A program made the translations under genes and the position numbers. Under the pieces are notes generated by a model. That model was not told where the DNA came from. It saw nothing but the letters and a program-made list of their open reading frames with translations, and ran no database searches. 64,000 nucleotides of DNA from Octopus bimaculoides (Eukaryota). The stretch covers positions 50,822,860 to 50,886,859 of the forward strand of contig NC_068995.1 of NCBI RefSeq assembly GCF_001194135.2, given 5' to 3'. Below, in pieces: positions 62,688-64,000 of the stretch. Numbering within the stretch: the stretch's first letter is position 1; every line of letters begins with the position of its first letter.

Positions 62688-64000
62688 GTTTGCACACAGA
62701 CTGAGTGCCATACTGAGGGTGGATAAGAGGAAATTATTTGACTGTATCTTTGACAAAATTTGTGTTTTTGTACCAATGCTAAGAGTAAAAACAGGAACAA
62801 AAAAAAATCAATATTTTTTTTATTGATATGAAAATGCCAAGACAGCAGGGTGTTGGGGCTGAACAAATTCTTTAGTGTATTTAGTTTGGTACTTCATTGT
62901 TTAAATTAGTAGAATCTAAACATCCCACTAATTTCAGTTTCATTTTACATTCCTTATCAGATCAATAAAATAAGACCATTCTTCTGGGATCAATGAAAAT
63001 AAGAGCAATTATAACCCCTGGAAATGCCCAAGTGTGTGCACGAGTGTATACAGATACATAAGTATGCATAAATATATGAATATATTTGATATGTTAAGTT
63101 ACGACCATGTAAGTAAAAAGATAATCACACAACCATGTGGTTTTAGGTTCGATCCTACTATGTGGTACCTTGGGCTAACTCAAGCTTTGTGAAGAAAATT
63201 TGTTAAAACAAGAATCTGTCCACAAGACTGAGTGGACAGTCTGTTATTGGGTGGGAGACTTGATCCATTGCTTAGTTTAACGCCCACACCTGTCCCTCAA
63301 GTGTCTTTAACTGAGACTATTCTGTGGCAATTATTTTCACTAATGTTTCTGATCCGAAGACATACAACGCAATACACGTGCTGCTTCTTTCTTACTGCAG
63401 CAGCCGATCGATGAGTCACGATACCATCCTCGCTTCGTCAATCACAGAGGCCTTGCTGAAAGATCACAAACAACTGCCCTTCCCCAGCTGACTAAGCCAC
63501 AAAAAAAAGTGGGATGTGGGGTGGAGGTGGAAGAGGGGAAACAGAAAGAAGCCTCTCTGTTTATTTGTCATGACAAATAGTGATTGTCATTACAACTCTA
63601 CTTATTCCTCTGTCTTCTGAATCATAAATACTTTGTCATCTACTTCAATATTACTACTGCTACTACCATGACTATCTCTGTTACTTGTTGTTTATTACAT
63701 AAAATCAATGAGGTCTGTGTGTGACCTTTTGTTTGATAGCTTTAATGCCTTTAATAACTATTGATTACTAACACAGGCACAAAGCTACACACTTTATAGG
63801 AGGGTGTCGTTGATCATAATGATGACCACCCCCACCAATGAGTGTCTGGCTTTATTTTGTATCGTTTATTTTAAATATTTTTAATATCATTTTCAATTAA
63901 ATTTTTTTTTTATATCCTCCATCAAAAGGGTACAAGGCAAACCTGACCCTGGGATATTTTAATGAATTCAGGATGTACATCCCAAAATTTACTTTCTCAG

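Noticed and set aside
1-64000. CRISPR array, rRNA, snRNA or organellar insertion
   Set aside because: No regularly spaced repeat-spacer array and no recognisable rRNA, snRNA or mitochondrial sequence seen. The dispersed repeats are eukaryotic retroposons.

Overview
AT-rich, microsatellite- and retroposon-dense animal genomic DNA with nine N-gaps. An octopus/coleoid cephalopod origin is inferred from the repeat landscape and not proven. The window holds one recognisable protein-coding gene, ARNT (HIF-1beta/tango orthologue), on the minus strand. I reconstructed 14 coding exons by hand, from the ATG at 50624 to exon 14 ending at 350: 1765 nt (588 codons plus 1 nt), all introns GT-AG, one continuous frame. 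The gene continues past the left edge. Exons 1, 2, 7, 8, 12 and 14 do not appear in frame in the ORF track, and exon 5 appears only out of frame. The rest is intronic or upstream DNA filled with several tRNA-headed SINE families, RTE-clade LINE fragments, MITEs, a Tc1/mariner transposase remnant and microsatellites. The most unusual items are: a tRNA-headed SINE with a target-site duplication that carries a Penelope-type hammerhead-ribozyme-like core (55290-55530); a 273-bp indel-free palindrome in ARNT intron 2; further hairpins; a PHD finger inside an RTE reverse transcriptase; inverted RTE 3' UTRs bracketing ARNT exon 5; and a possible divergent first exon at the ARNT promoter. All coordinates and alignments were worked out by eye. 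No database searches or folding programs were run.
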